Shown here piece after piece: positions 1 to 8,966 of a DNA stretch of 64,000 nucleotides. A model generated the notes under the pieces. That model made no database searches and was not told the origin of the DNA. It saw only the letters and a list, made by a program, of their open reading frames with translations. Source of the DNA: an uncultured bacterium (GTDB taxonomy: Bacteria > Desulfobacterota > GWC2-55-46). Where the stretch lies: NCBI GenBank assembly GCA_905339405.1, contig CAJPGC010000030.1:43956-107955 (forward strand), given 5' to 3'. Position numbers and translations under genes: made by a program. Positions within the stretch are counted from its first letter, which is position 1. The number at the start of each line of letters is the position of its first letter.

Positions 1-396
1 CCTCTCGTGTCCGGCCCTGAAATCCCATAGCCCCCGCATCGAGGCCCACGTGATGTCGAACGCGCCGCCCGAGAGCTCAGAGACCTTCATGGCGGCCGAG
101 ATGACGTTAAAAAGCTCCCCCGGCACCTTGACAGGGCGCACGCCAGCTGCCCTGTTGACTTCCGTTAACGGCGAGCCCTCGATCCATTCGCTCATCTGTC
201 CTTCAATGCGCTTCATCTCCCGCTCGACGGAGGAAAAAACGGTCTCTGCCGCCTCTTCCCCGGCCGTATCTATCGTCATCTCCAGGGCGGTGCCCATGAC
301 GACGGTATTCTTCCGGAACGTCCCGGCCAGCGCGTCCGGGACAAAGGCAACGCACATGAATATCAATGACATGAGTATGGAAATAGGCTTTTTCAT
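1..396 (-). CDS. apbE: FAD:protein FMN transferase ApbE (5' part; runs off the window start)
   Basis: Manual translation, not in the ORF track: MKKPISILMSLIF...VVMGTALEMT...MSEWIEGSPLTEVNRAAG...SGGAFDITWASMRGLWDF. MGT, S-x-V-N and GAFDIT are ApbE motifs. Lies next to DUF3570/DUF4266/TlpA. Confidence 0.9.
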   Translation of the reverse strand, partial: MKKPISILMSLIFMCVAFVPDALAGTFRKNTVVMGTALEMTIDTAGEEAAETVFSSVEREMKRIEGQMSEWIEGSPLTEVNRAAGVRPVKVPGELFNVISAAMKVSELSGGAFDITWASMRGLWDFRAGHER

Positions 397-456
397 TCGG
401 GAAATGATACCAGAAAAAAGGCCTCAAATGAAGAGTCAGACAAGGGGGTAAAAGGC

Positions 457-492
457 AAAAAAAAGGCGGGGAGGCCCGTAGGCCTCCCCTTC
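457..492 (-). terminator. Intrinsic terminator upstream of apbE
   Basis: Minus strand reads GGGGAGGCC-UACG-GGCCUCCCC-GCC-U8 (cUNCGg tetraloop plus U tract). Confidence 0.7.
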
Positions 493-659
493 AAAGGCGG
501 GCTGGGGAGCGGGAAGGTTTTTTGTTGATGGATTTTTAAAGGCGGGTAAAGGGCGGCTATGCCGCCCGGGATGGTATGATAATATTACCTTACGATTGAG
601 TATATTAAACGTGACATTAAGGGATTATTAGAAGTGCAACCCATTGAAATACAAAAAAG

Positions 660-692
660 AAAAAGGCCGGGGAGGCCCTCCCCGGCCTTTTT
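660..692. terminator. Bidirectional intrinsic terminator after the DUF3570 gene
   Basis: AAAAGGCCGGGGAG-GCC-CTCCCCGGCCTTTTT, flanked by A and T tracts. Confidence 0.8.
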
Positions 693-704
693 GGAGCAAT
701 GCTT

Positions 705-1883
705 TCAGAAACTGAACCTCAGGCCTCCCATGAGGATATGGGCGTCTACGCCGATCGATTCCGTATAGTACTCGTATTTCCCTTCTAGAGAGTTTACCGC
801 TAGCTTCCAGACGTTGGCCGGGTTGTCGAGAAGGTATATGAGCTTGAGGCCAAAAAGGTTCGTATCCTTCTCCTCTATCTGCGGCGAAGAGGACTTGAAC
901 TGGTCGCCTGAAACATAGGCGTCCTTCACGAAAAACGCTGCAGACTGGGTGTAGTACCTGTAATTGAGCCTCATTATGAGGTCTTCATCGAGGTACTTGT
1001 AGAACTCGGCCTCTCCCATCCACGAGTTTACGTCCCACGAGTCGTCATAATACCTCACGGTGAGCTTTACAGCCGACCTATTGAGGAGCCCGCCGAGCCC
1101 TTCGGTGAAGTAATGGTTTACCCCCGCGAGGTACGCGTTCCTTTTCCTCTCTGAAGGAAAGGCCTCCGCGATGCAGCCCGCGATTGTCAGATCAGTGCAG
1201 GTGGCCGCGTCTGTCCCGTCGACCGCTACCAGCCTTATGCCCTCGGAGAGGTGGCCTGTCGCCCTGCTGTGCGAGTACCCGAACTGCGCGACGGTAACGG
1301 GCGAGAGCACCTGCGTAAGGCCGAAAAAGAAGTTGTCGGTCGTGCGGTCTTCCTCGTTCGGCATGAAAATGCCGTCTATCGTATCCGAGTTCCTCGAGTA
1401 CCCGGCCGTGAGGGTCGTGTTCTTCTCGAAGAGCTCTTTTTTAAGGGTCAAGGTAGGCGTGCTCGATGAATAGTCCTTCTCGTGGCTGTAGTCGTAGTAA
1501 GCCTCGACGGCTATGACGTTGTCGAAGTTGTGCGCCGCCCCGATTGTGAAGGCGTGCCTCGTGTCGCTTCCGGCGTTCACGGCGCTTGAAGCCCCGGAGA
1601 CGGCGGCAACGCTGCTCAAGCTGTCCGATTCGTTTCCTTCTTCGTCGTCTTCATCGTCGCCGTCTTCGCCATCCGGGTTGATGAGGTCGATCGCGTACTT
1701 CAAGGAAATGGTCGTATTTAGCGAGACGTCCTTGTTGAGCGAGAAGACCCCGGAGTAGACGGAAACCCCGTTGTTGAAGCTGTGCATGTACCCCTGGACC
1801 GCCGCGTAGTCTTCGGCAAGGGCGCTCAAGGGCAACGCGAAAAAGATGGCTGACGTAAGAATGAGCCTTTTAATTGCACCCAC
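705..1883 (-). CDS. DUF3570-family outer-membrane beta-barrel protein (putative flavinylation substrate)
   Basis: Signal peptide, SGAS motif, EKDYSS, TQVLSP, RYYDDSW, RYYTQSAAFF and terminal F. Canonical position after a DUF4266 gene. Confidence 0.85.
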   Translation of the reverse strand: MGAIKRLILTSAIFFALPLSALAEDYAAVQGYMHSFNNGVSVYSGVFSLNKDVSLNTTISLKYAIDLINPDGEDGDDEDDEEGNESDSLSSVAAVSGASSAVNAGSDTRHAFTIGAAHNFDNVIAVEAYYDYSHEKDYSSSTPTLTLKKELFEKNTTLTAGYSRNSDTIDGIFMPNEEDRTTDNFFFGLTQVLSPVTVAQFGYSHSRATGHLSEGIRLVAVDGTDAATCTDLTIAGCIAEAFPSERKRNAYLAGVNHYFTEGLGGLLNRSAVKLTVRYYDDSWDVNSWMGEAEFYKYLDEDLIMRLNYRYYTQSAAFFVKDAYVSGDQFKSSSPQIEEKDTNLFGLKLIYLLDNPANVWKLAVNSLEGKYEYYTESIGVDAHILMGGLRFSF

Positions 1884-2088
1884 AGCCGCCTCCGCTCACG
1901 CCGAAGCTTCCGGCGCTCCCTTCCCTCGTGCCCAGGAAGTGCTCGCGCACCGCCTTCTCTTCCTTGTTAGAGTCGAACTGCATGATGGGGTCGGCGAGGT
2001 ACTCCCTTTCCCAGGGCTTGACCCTCGCGCAGCCGGAAACAGCTAGAGCGCCTAAAACTATCGCAAGCGCCAGGACAATAGACTTCAT
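1870..2088 (-). CDS. DUF4266 small lipoprotein
   Basis: Lipobox-like VSGC, VKPWERE..LADPIM, and C-terminal GGGCGCN. Confidence 0.9.
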   Translation of the reverse strand: MKSIVLALAIVLGALAVSGCARVKPWEREYLADPIMQFDSNKEEKAVREHFLGTREGSAGSFGVSGGGCGCN

Positions 2089-2100
2089 GAAAAAGGCTCC

Positions 2101-2607
2101 TTATTTTTCCTTTAAAAGGCTCTCTATCTCTTTTACCCACTCGTCCGGGTCGTTTTCCCTGTATCCGAAATGTACGAACCTGATGACGCCCGACCTGTCG
2201 ATTATGTAGGAGGTGGGCATGGCCTGGGCCATGTATTGGGATACAACCGATGATTCGGGGTCATGCAAGACTGTTATTCTTTTCGAGACGCCCGGTATGG
2301 TCAACATGAACGAGCCGGCGTGCTCTTTTTTCTTGTCTACGCTGACGGCGACGACCGCCATGTCGGCTTCCTTGAATTTTCCGGCGAGCCTGTTTATCTC
2401 AGGCATCTCCTTTTTGCACGGAGGGCACCAGCTCGCCCAAAAATCGAGGAAGACCACCCTGCCCTTGAACTCGCCGAGCGAGACGGCCTTGCCGTCGAGG
2501 CCATTCAGGGTAAACTCGGGGGCTTTCTTGCTGACCAGACCGGCCGAGGCAAGGGCCGGAAAGATAACCGCGGCAAAAAGTACAACGGCAAACATCTTTT
2601 TCATCAT
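2101..2607 (-). CDS. TlpA/ResA-family thiol:disulfide oxidoreductase
   Basis: Signal peptide, DFWASWCPPC, and cis-Pro AMPTS. Confidence 0.92.
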   Translation of the reverse strand: MMKKMFAVVLFAAVIFPALASAGLVSKKAPEFTLNGLDGKAVSLGEFKGRVVFLDFWASWCPPCKKEMPEINRLAGKFKEADMAVVAVSVDKKKEHAGSFMLTIPGVSKRITVLHDPESSVVSQYMAQAMPTSYIIDRSGVIRFVHFGYRENDPDEWVKEIESLLKEK

Positions 2608-2776
2608 GGCATGGTCCTCCGGTGGCGTATTATTCCATCTGGAACATTAAGGACGGATTAGAGCGGCAAATGGGTACCATTATTTATTATTTAAAAAGTT
2701 ATTTCAGGAATACACCTGAGATTAATCATTCCACCGGCTTTAGCGTTCTGGTATATTCAGTCCGAAGGAGGCCTAT

Positions 2777-3499
2777 ATGGAATCCATCACCCTCGACAAG
2801 ATAAAATACGAATGGCTCGCCCAGTCGTGCGTGCGGATAACGGCAGCCGGCACAGTCCTTTATACCGACCCCGTAATCCTCGACAAGGACCCTGCGCCCG
2901 CCGACCTTATACTCATCACCCATCATCACGTCGACCACTGCCTGCCGGAGTTCGTCACCCCGATCAGGACCGACAGGACCAAACTGGCCGCTTTTCACGA
3001 AAGCTACGTGAAGTACTGCGCCAAGGACATCAAGGGCGTACGCACCGTGAAGGTCGGCCAGACCATCGAGCTCGGGGCCGCCATAATAACCGGCATCGAG
3101 GCTTACACGAAGCGCGGCTTTCATGTCAAAGGTGAAGGATGCGGCTTTTTAATAGAGCTTTCGGGGCAGCGGATATACTTCTCGGGCGACACGTCGAGGA
3201 TACCCGAGATGTCCGGCCTCGGCAAGCTTGACGCGGCGATATTGCCTATTGCCGACAACGCCTACGCCATCGATATGAAAGATATCGCCGCGGCGGTCAG
3301 GGAGCTGAAACCCCGGCTTTTCATACCGGTACACTATACGCCCATCGGCGAGAGCGACCCTGAGATAACGGCGGATATGTTCTTCTCCAAGGACCCGGCC
3401 TTCTACACGAAAAAAGAAGACCCGGGGAAGATGGCCGCCCTCCTCGAAGGCTCCGGCGTCGAAGTGGCCGTCCTTGACAAGCTCGGAATAAGGAAATAA
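2777..3499 (+). CDS. MBL-fold metallo-hydrolase
   Basis: TDP, THHHVDH (HxHxDH), FSGDT and IPVHY. AAGGAGG RBS upstream. Confidence 0.9.
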   Translation: MESITLDKIKYEWLAQSCVRITAAGTVLYTDPVILDKDPAPADLILITHHHVDHCLPEFVTPIRTDRTKLAAFHESYVKYCAKDIKGVRTVKVGQTIELGAAIITGIEAYTKRGFHVKGEGCGFLIELSGQRIYFSGDTSRIPEMSGLGKLDAAILPIADNAYAIDMKDIAAAVRELKPRLFIPVHYTPIGESDPEITADMFFSKDPAFYTKKEDPGKMAALLEGSGVEVAVLDKLGIRK

Positions 3500-3530
3500 A
3501 AAAAAGGCGCGCCCGAAAGGGCGCGCCTTC
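3499..3530. terminator. Terminator between convergent genes
   Basis: A-tract followed by AAGGCGCGCCC-GAAA-GGGCGCGCCTT. Confidence 0.85.
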
Positions 3531-3545
3531 TGCCTGCCTTGATAT

Positions 3546-4073
3546 TTACTTCGGTATCTTTATGAAGTCCTCTTCGAAGTTCCCTTCAGCCCCCTTCTGG
3601 TGGCAGGCCCCGCAATTGGACGGGCTGCCGATGGAAGGCCTCTTGAAAACACCGGCCCCTACCTCCCTATGCTCCTTTTTTATCCAGGGAACGTCCATTA
3701 TCTTTTTGGGGGTCATTCCCTCGGAACTGGAGGTTATCTTCTGGGCCCACCTTGCGGCCGTCTTATCGGACGAGTTGGCCTTGAGGTACGCGCGTATCTC
3801 CTTGTCGGTCTCCGCGTCGAGTCCGAGGTTTTCTCCGAAGTGCTTGCCTGATTCGTCCATTATCGCCTGCCACGACCTCTCAGGCAGAAGCCAGGGCTGG
3901 TAGAGGAAGTGGCAGGAGGAGCATTCCTGCTTGTAAAGGGCGCTCGATGGCGCGCTTGTGAACGACGGCAGTCTCTTGCCCTTGCCGTCGTCGGCGCTGG
4001 CTGAAAGGGCGGTTAAAAAACCGAATGTAAGCGTAATGGCCAGGACGCCTGCCGTTTTCTTTCCGAATGACAT
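3546..4073 (-). CDS. Diheme cytochrome c (DHC)
   Basis: Signal peptide, ECSSCH, LLPERSW, HFG and NCGACH. Confidence 0.92.
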   Translation of the reverse strand: MSFGKKTAGVLAITLTFGFLTALSASADDGKGKRLPSFTSAPSSALYKQECSSCHFLYQPWLLPERSWQAIMDESGKHFGENLGLDAETDKEIRAYLKANSSDKTAARWAQKITSSSEGMTPKKIMDVPWIKKEHREVGAGVFKRPSIGSPSNCGACHQKGAEGNFEEDFIKIPK

Positions 4074-4085
4074 ATGAACTCCTTC

Positions 4086-4502
4086 CTATTTAAGGGACAT
4101 CATGTAGGTTATAAAATCGCCTTTTTCCTTGGGGGTGCACTCCCTCTCGTATACCCATTCGCAGTTGCGCTTGAACCACTTCTCGACCTTTTTGGGGTCG
4201 GTGAAACGCTGCGGGTTGGCAGATGGCGACAGGGGCTCGATGACCTTCCCGGCCGTCGACTTGCCTGAAGCCGCCGGGTTTGACGTATGACAGGTCGTGC
4301 AGGAGCGCTCTTCTTTTTTCTGGGAATGCGTCCTCTTCGCGTTATAGAGCTTTCTGCCTTCCTCCGCGCTGAACGAGGCTGCCCCGGCCTCCTTTTTAAG
4401 CCCGTCCAGCACCTGGCTCATCTGTGCGTTCGGCCCCGCGGCGTAGACGCTGCCAGCGAAAAAAACGGCAGCGAGCGTTGCAAGTCCCTTGAATGTCTTC
4501 AT
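4086..4502 (-). CDS. SHP-like (DUF1924) monoheme cytochrome c
   Basis: Signal peptide, SCTTCH, RFTDPKKVEKWFKRNC...RECTPKEKGD. Confidence 0.9.
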   Translation of the reverse strand: MKTFKGLATLAAVFFAGSVYAAGPNAQMSQVLDGLKKEAGAASFSAEEGRKLYNAKRTHSQKKEERSCTTCHTSNPAASGKSTAGKVIEPLSPSANPQRFTDPKKVEKWFKRNCEWVYERECTPKEKGDFITYMMSLK

Positions 4503-4514
4503 CGATTCCTCCCT

Positions 4515-5642
4515 TTATACCTTTGGGACCGAAATGTCCCTGTCCTCGAAAGAGCCCCACGGAGAGCCCGGGTGGCAGGCGGCGCAGTTCGTCCTGCTCG
4601 TGACGGACTTCCTCGAGTAAACCTCTTCTCCGATATCCACGTGCTTCTCCTTCCAGTACGCCGTTTCGGTTATCCTCAGCGGCGCGCCTTCTCCTATGGA
4701 GCTCAATATCTTTTTGGACGGCTCCGAAAGAGCGCGCTCGGCTGATGAAGCCAGAAGCCACGCGCGTATCTCTGAAGAGGTCTCATCCGGCAGGGATGCG
4801 TCGTCGCCGAAGTGCTCAGCGAGCCCGGCCATGACCTTCTCCCACGACCTCGCGGGAAGAAGCGTCGGGCTGAACGCGTTATGGCATGAGCCGCATTCCT
4901 CTTCATAGGCAATGTTTTTCTCGAGCGGCTTGAAGCCCCCATTGCCTTCCACGAGCGCGCCTGCGTGTCCGGAAGCCTGCTGACCTGTGGCGACCAGCAT
5001 TGCCGCAGAGGCGGCCACGAAGGCAAAGAGAACGAAGGCCGTTTTCTTGAGTATAGGCCTTTCCGCTACAGCTGCGTCTTCCATGCTTTCGACCTTTTTC
5101 CTGCCGGTCAGCATCGAGCGAATGAGCCCCTCTTTCCAGATGACGTCATGGAGGAGAGCGGCTGCAATATGGACGCCTGCCAGGGCTAGGAAAGACCATG
5201 CCGCGACTGAATGTATGAGGCCTGCGGTCTCAGCAGTCTCGAAACTGAAGAAGCCCGCCAGCGGCCCCCTCATCTCCTCGCCCGAGTAGACGATGACGCC
5301 GGTGGCGCCGAGGACGGCCGCAAGGGCGAGCATGACGATGACGGCCAGGCCGACAGCCGGGTTATGTCCTGGGTATTTTGCTGGGTTGAGCCGTATGAAA
5401 CCCGTGAGAAAGCTTTTTATCTCCGCCCAACCCCTAACGAACCCGCTGAACCTCGCGTTCCGGTTCCCTGAAAAGCCCCAGAGGAACCTGAAAGAGGCCC
5501 CAGCTAAGACCAAAGCGCCTGCCATTACATGGTAGTCGAGGAACCATTCACGCGTAGAGGCGGCGAAAGCCGTCATGAATGAGGCCGCGAACGTCCAGTG
5601 GAACAGACGCGTTGGAAGGTCCCATATCTTTTCAGTCTTCAT
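4515..5642 (-). CDS. Cytochrome b (Ni-hydrogenase b-type) fused to a C-terminal diheme cytochrome c domain
   Basis: WDLPTRLFHW, GHNP and TM histidines in the N-terminal part; ECGSCH and NCAACH in the C-terminal part. Confidence 0.9.
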   Translation of the reverse strand: MKTEKIWDLPTRLFHWTFAASFMTAFAASTREWFLDYHVMAGALVLAGASFRFLWGFSGNRNARFSGFVRGWAEIKSFLTGFIRLNPAKYPGHNPAVGLAVIVMLALAAVLGATGVIVYSGEEMRGPLAGFFSFETAETAGLIHSVAAWSFLALAGVHIAAALLHDVIWKEGLIRSMLTGRKKVESMEDAAVAERPILKKTAFVLFAFVAASAAMLVATGQQASGHAGALVEGNGGFKPLEKNIAYEEECGSCHNAFSPTLLPARSWEKVMAGLAEHFGDDASLPDETSSEIRAWLLASSAERALSEPSKKILSSIGEGAPLRITETAYWKEKHVDIGEEVYSRKSVTSRTNCAACHPGSPWGSFEDRDISVPKV

Positions 5643-5684
5643 TTTGAATCCTCATGAAGGTGTCACATCAAAAAGATGTGCAGC

Positions 5685-5777
5685 TCAGGAAAAGGCGATG
5701 CTTGAGACGAATACTGCCACCGAGACTATAAAAGCTGATATTGACAAAAGATCGAGAAATCCGAGGTTCCCTGCCAT
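5685..5777 (-). CDS. Putative 30-aa single-TM small protein
   Basis: AAGGAGG-4nt-ATG; translates as MAGNLGFLDLLSISAFIVSVAVFVSSIAFS. First ORF of the cytb-SHP-DHC unit. Confidence 0.5.
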   Translation of the reverse strand: MAGNLGFLDLLSISAFIVSVAVFVSSIAFS

Positions 5778-5920
5778 AAGGCCTCCTTTAAAAACCGTTC
5801 TTTCATAAACCGGTCACGTTTTATGGCATCATTATATAAACCATCTAATTAAGAGAATATTAAAGGACATCCCCTAAAAAGTGTAACAAAGGCAACCGCG
5901 ACCTTTGGTCGGCTTATTCA

Positions 5921-5950
5921 TTGACAAACGCAACTAAGTTGCATTAAACT
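5921..5950 (+). promoter_or_regulatory. Sigma70 promoter with a Zur-type operator in the spacer
   Basis: TTGACA(5921)-18nt-TAAACT(5945). Palindrome ACGCAAC-TAA-GTTGCAT at 5928-5944 resembles the deltaproteobacterial Zur motif ATGCAAC-N3-GTTGCAT. Confidence 0.8.
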
Positions 5951-5964
5951 GCAGACTGCCAATC

Positions 5965-6396
5965 ATGAAAAAGAGCTCTGAAGAGATATTGTCCTCACTG
6001 GCGAGCCAGGGGTTCAGGATGACCCGCCTCCGGAAGGCCATCATCGGCGTTTTCACGGGGAATGGCCTGCCCATGTCCGCCGAGGAGCTGATGGATATCC
6101 TAAGGGCCGGGAACACGGCGTTCAACAGGACGACCGTCTACAGGGAGATTGGCTTCCTCAAGGCAAGAGGCGTCATAAACGAGATACAGTTCCTGCACGA
6201 GAGGGTCAAGAGGTACGAGCTTGCCTCCCTCGAGCACCATCATCACCTCGTGTGCCTCAGGTGCAAGAGGGTCGAGGACATAGTCCTCGAGAACGACCTG
6301 GCCGACCAGGAAAGGTCGATACTCGACTCGAAAGGCTTCCATGTGACCAACCACATGCTTGAGTTCCACGGCATATGCCGGGGATGCAACCGGTGA
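5965..6396 (+). CDS. zur: Fur-family regulator, likely Zur
   Basis: RTTVYR helix, HHHHLVCLRC and HGICRGC. Heads the znuACB genes. Confidence 0.85.
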   Translation: MKKSSEEILSSLASQGFRMTRLRKAIIGVFTGNGLPMSAEELMDILRAGNTAFNRTTVYREIGFLKARGVINEIQFLHERVKRYELASLEHHHHLVCLRCKRVEDIVLENDLADQERSILDSKGFHVTNHMLEFHGICRGCNR

Positions 6397-7343
6397 GAAG
6401 AGCGGTCCTTTTCATAGCCGCTCTAGCGGTCGTATCGGGGATAGTCATCCTGCTGATCAGCTTCGCCGTGAATGAAAAGACCCCGGACGAGCGGCTCACG
6501 CTTTCCGCGAGCTTCTACCCTCTCGCGCATTTCGCCGGGAAGGCCGGAGGCGAAAACGTGGAGGTCTTCATGATAACCCCTCCGGGAGTAGAGTCCCACG
6601 ACTTCGAGCCTACGCCAAGGGACGTAAGAAAGATCAGGAAATCGGCGGTCTTCATCTACAACGGCGCTGGGCTCGACCCCTGGGCCGAAAGGATCGCCCC
6701 TACGCTTGAGCAATCGGGAGTACGCACCATCGAGATGACTTCTCATTTCACCCTGCTGAGCGCTGAAACTGACGCGCCCCTGGAAAACGAAGGACATGAA
6801 GAACACGATGGCGGCGGCCATGACCCGCATATCTGGCTTGACCCTCTGATGGCGGCCGGACAGGTAAACCTAATAGGCGAGGCGCTCGGGGCAGCCGACC
6901 CGGCGAACGCTGCAACGTACCGCTCACATTCCAGCCGGTACGGCGCTGAGCTCATGGCGCTTCACGAGGAATTCAGCAGCGGTCTTCAAAACTGCGGCAC
7001 GAGGGACATGATAGTCGCCCACGACGCGTTCAGATACCTTGCGGCGAGGTACGGCCTCAACATAATCCCGGTAGTAGGCGTGTTCTCAGGCGAGGAACCC
7101 TCTCCCCGGCGCATAGCCGAGGTCACGAGGATAGCGAAGGAGAAGTCCATCAGGTACATATTCTTCGAGCCTCTCGCTAGCAGGAAGATCGCACAGACCA
7201 TCGCAAGGGAGACCGGGGCCGGCGTGCTTGAACTAAACCCGCTCGAGGGGCTCACTAAAGAAGAAGAGGCGGCAGGCAAGGACTATATCTCCGTCATGCG
7301 GTCCAACCTCGCCAACATGAGAAAGGCTCTCCAATGCATATGA
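6393..7343 (+). CDS. znuA: Zinc ABC transporter substrate-binding protein
   Basis: ESHDFEPTP, His/acidic loop, DPHIWLDP and HDAFRYL. GTG start overlaps the zur stop. Confidence 0.9.
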   Translation: MRRAVLFIAALAVVSGIVILLISFAVNEKTPDERLTLSASFYPLAHFAGKAGGENVEVFMITPPGVESHDFEPTPRDVRKIRKSAVFIYNGAGLDPWAERIAPTLEQSGVRTIEMTSHFTLLSAETDAPLENEGHEEHDGGGHDPHIWLDPLMAAGQVNLIGEALGAADPANAATYRSHSSRYGAELMALHEEFSSGLQNCGTRDMIVAHDAFRYLAARYGLNIIPVVGVFSGEEPSPRRIAEVTRIAKEKSIRYIFFEPLASRKIAQTIARETGAGVLELNPLEGLTKEEEAAGKDYISVMRSNLANMRKALQCI

Positions 7344-8092
7344 GCGTGCCGAAGACATGCATAGACGTCCGGGAGGTAAGCTTCAGCTACAACGGCAACC
7401 CCATACTCCAGGACATAACCTTTGACGTCAAGGAAGGCGAATACCTCGGCATCATAGGGCCGAACGGCGGAGGCAAGACCACTCTTTTCAAGGTGATACT
7501 CGGCCTGCTGAAACCCCAGACCGGCGAGATATTGATTTACGGAGAGCCACTCGCGACCTTCGGGAAAAAGCACCTCATCGGCTATGTCCCCCAGCGCTCG
7601 CTCTCGGACTACTACTTCCCGGCCACCGTCGAGGAGGTGGTAAGGAGCGGCAGGACAGCCAGGCTCGGCCTGCTGAAACGGATGTCGAAGGAAGATTCAG
7701 CCGCGATAGAGCGGGTCATGGAAGTGACCGACGTCGCCAGGCTCAGAGGCAGGCTCATCGGCCAGCTCTCCGGCGGAGAGCGCCAGAGGGTCTTCATAGC
7801 CAGGGCCCTCGCGAGCGAGCCGAAGATACTCATACTCGATGAGCCCGACGTGGGCGTGGACGTCACGGCGCAGGAGAAGTTCTACTCTTTCCTCGACGAC
7901 CTCAACAGGAACCTCGGCATAACTATACTCCTCATCTCCCACGACATAGACGTCGTGGCGCACCAGGCCAAGACCATCCTTTGCCTGAACAGGCGGCTCG
8001 TCTGCCACGGCCCGCCGAGGGACTTCATAACAGAGGACTACATGCAAAAACTCTACGGCAAGCAGGTGCGGTTCATACTGCACGGGCATTGA
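7340..8092 (+). CDS. znuC: Zinc ABC transporter ATPase
   Basis: GPNGGGKT, LSGGERQR, ILDEP and SHD. Confidence 0.9.
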   Translation: MSVPKTCIDVREVSFSYNGNPILQDITFDVKEGEYLGIIGPNGGGKTTLFKVILGLLKPQTGEILIYGEPLATFGKKHLIGYVPQRSLSDYYFPATVEEVVRSGRTARLGLLKRMSKEDSAAIERVMEVTDVARLRGRLIGQLSGGERQRVFIARALASEPKILILDEPDVGVDVTAQEKFYSFLDDLNRNLGITILLISHDIDVVAHQAKTILCLNRRLVCHGPPRDFITEDYMQKLYGKQVRFILHGH

Positions 8093-8162
8093 GGCGTTTG
8101 TGGTAAAGGGCAGACTGGGTCAACCGCGTTTTGAAGCGGAATGTTCAGAGGGACAATAACTA

Positions 8163-8963
8163 ATGCCGGAAATTTTTGAACTCGAATTCATGAGGCGGGC
8201 CTTCGTGGCGGGCCTGCTCATATCCATAATAGTGCCGATAATAGGCACCTTCCTGGTGGTGCGCAGATACTCGCTCATGGCGGACACCCTGGCGCACGTT
8301 TCGCTGGTTGGGGTGGCCGTGGGAGTGCTCACGAAGACGCACCCGGTCATCTCGGCGGTCATCGCCTCGACCCTGGCTGCAGTTCTAATAGAGAGGCTGC
8401 GCGGGCTCAAGAAACTCTTCGCGGAGTCCATCCTCGCGATATTCCTTTCAGGCAGCCTCGCCGTGGCGGTCGTCATCATAAGCATGGCAAAAGGCTTCAA
8501 CGTCGACCTCTTGAGCTATCTTTTCGGCAGCATCTCAACGATAGACAGGGTAGACCTGTTCCTGCTGGCTGCGCTCTTCGTGCTCGTCCTCGCGTCGGTC
8601 GCGCTTTTCTACAAGGAGTTCTTCCTGGTCTCCTTTGACGAAGAGTTCGCAGAAGCAGGGGGCGTGAAGGCCCGGGCGCTGAACCTTTTTATCGTCGTCC
8701 TCGCGGCCGTGACCGTATCCCTTTCAATGCGCATAGTCGGCATACTCCTCATAGGCGCGCTCATGGTCATACCGGTCGTAACGGCAAGGCAGTTCGAGCT
8801 GAGCTTCAGGAACACCATCGTCTTCTCTGTCGTCTGCTCGCTCGTATCGGTCATAACGGGGCTCTTCCTCTCCTACTACTTCGACCTCGCAAGCGGCGGG
8901 ACGATAGTGCTCGTCTCGCTTGCAATTTTCCTCGCGTCGTTCATGGTGACCAGGCAGGAGTAG
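8163..8963 (+). CDS. znuB: Zinc ABC transporter permease
   Basis: Multi-TM; ADTLAHVSL, YLFGSI and SFDEEFA. Confidence 0.9.
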   Translation: MPEIFELEFMRRAFVAGLLISIIVPIIGTFLVVRRYSLMADTLAHVSLVGVAVGVLTKTHPVISAVIASTLAAVLIERLRGLKKLFAESILAIFLSGSLAVAVVIISMAKGFNVDLLSYLFGSISTIDRVDLFLLAALFVLVLASVALFYKEFFLVSFDEEFAEAGGVKARALNLFIVVLAAVTVSLSMRIVGILLIGALMVIPVVTARQFELSFRNTIVFSVVCSLVSVITGLFLSYYFDLASGGTIVLVSLAIFLASFMVTRQE

Positions 8964-8966
8964 CGC

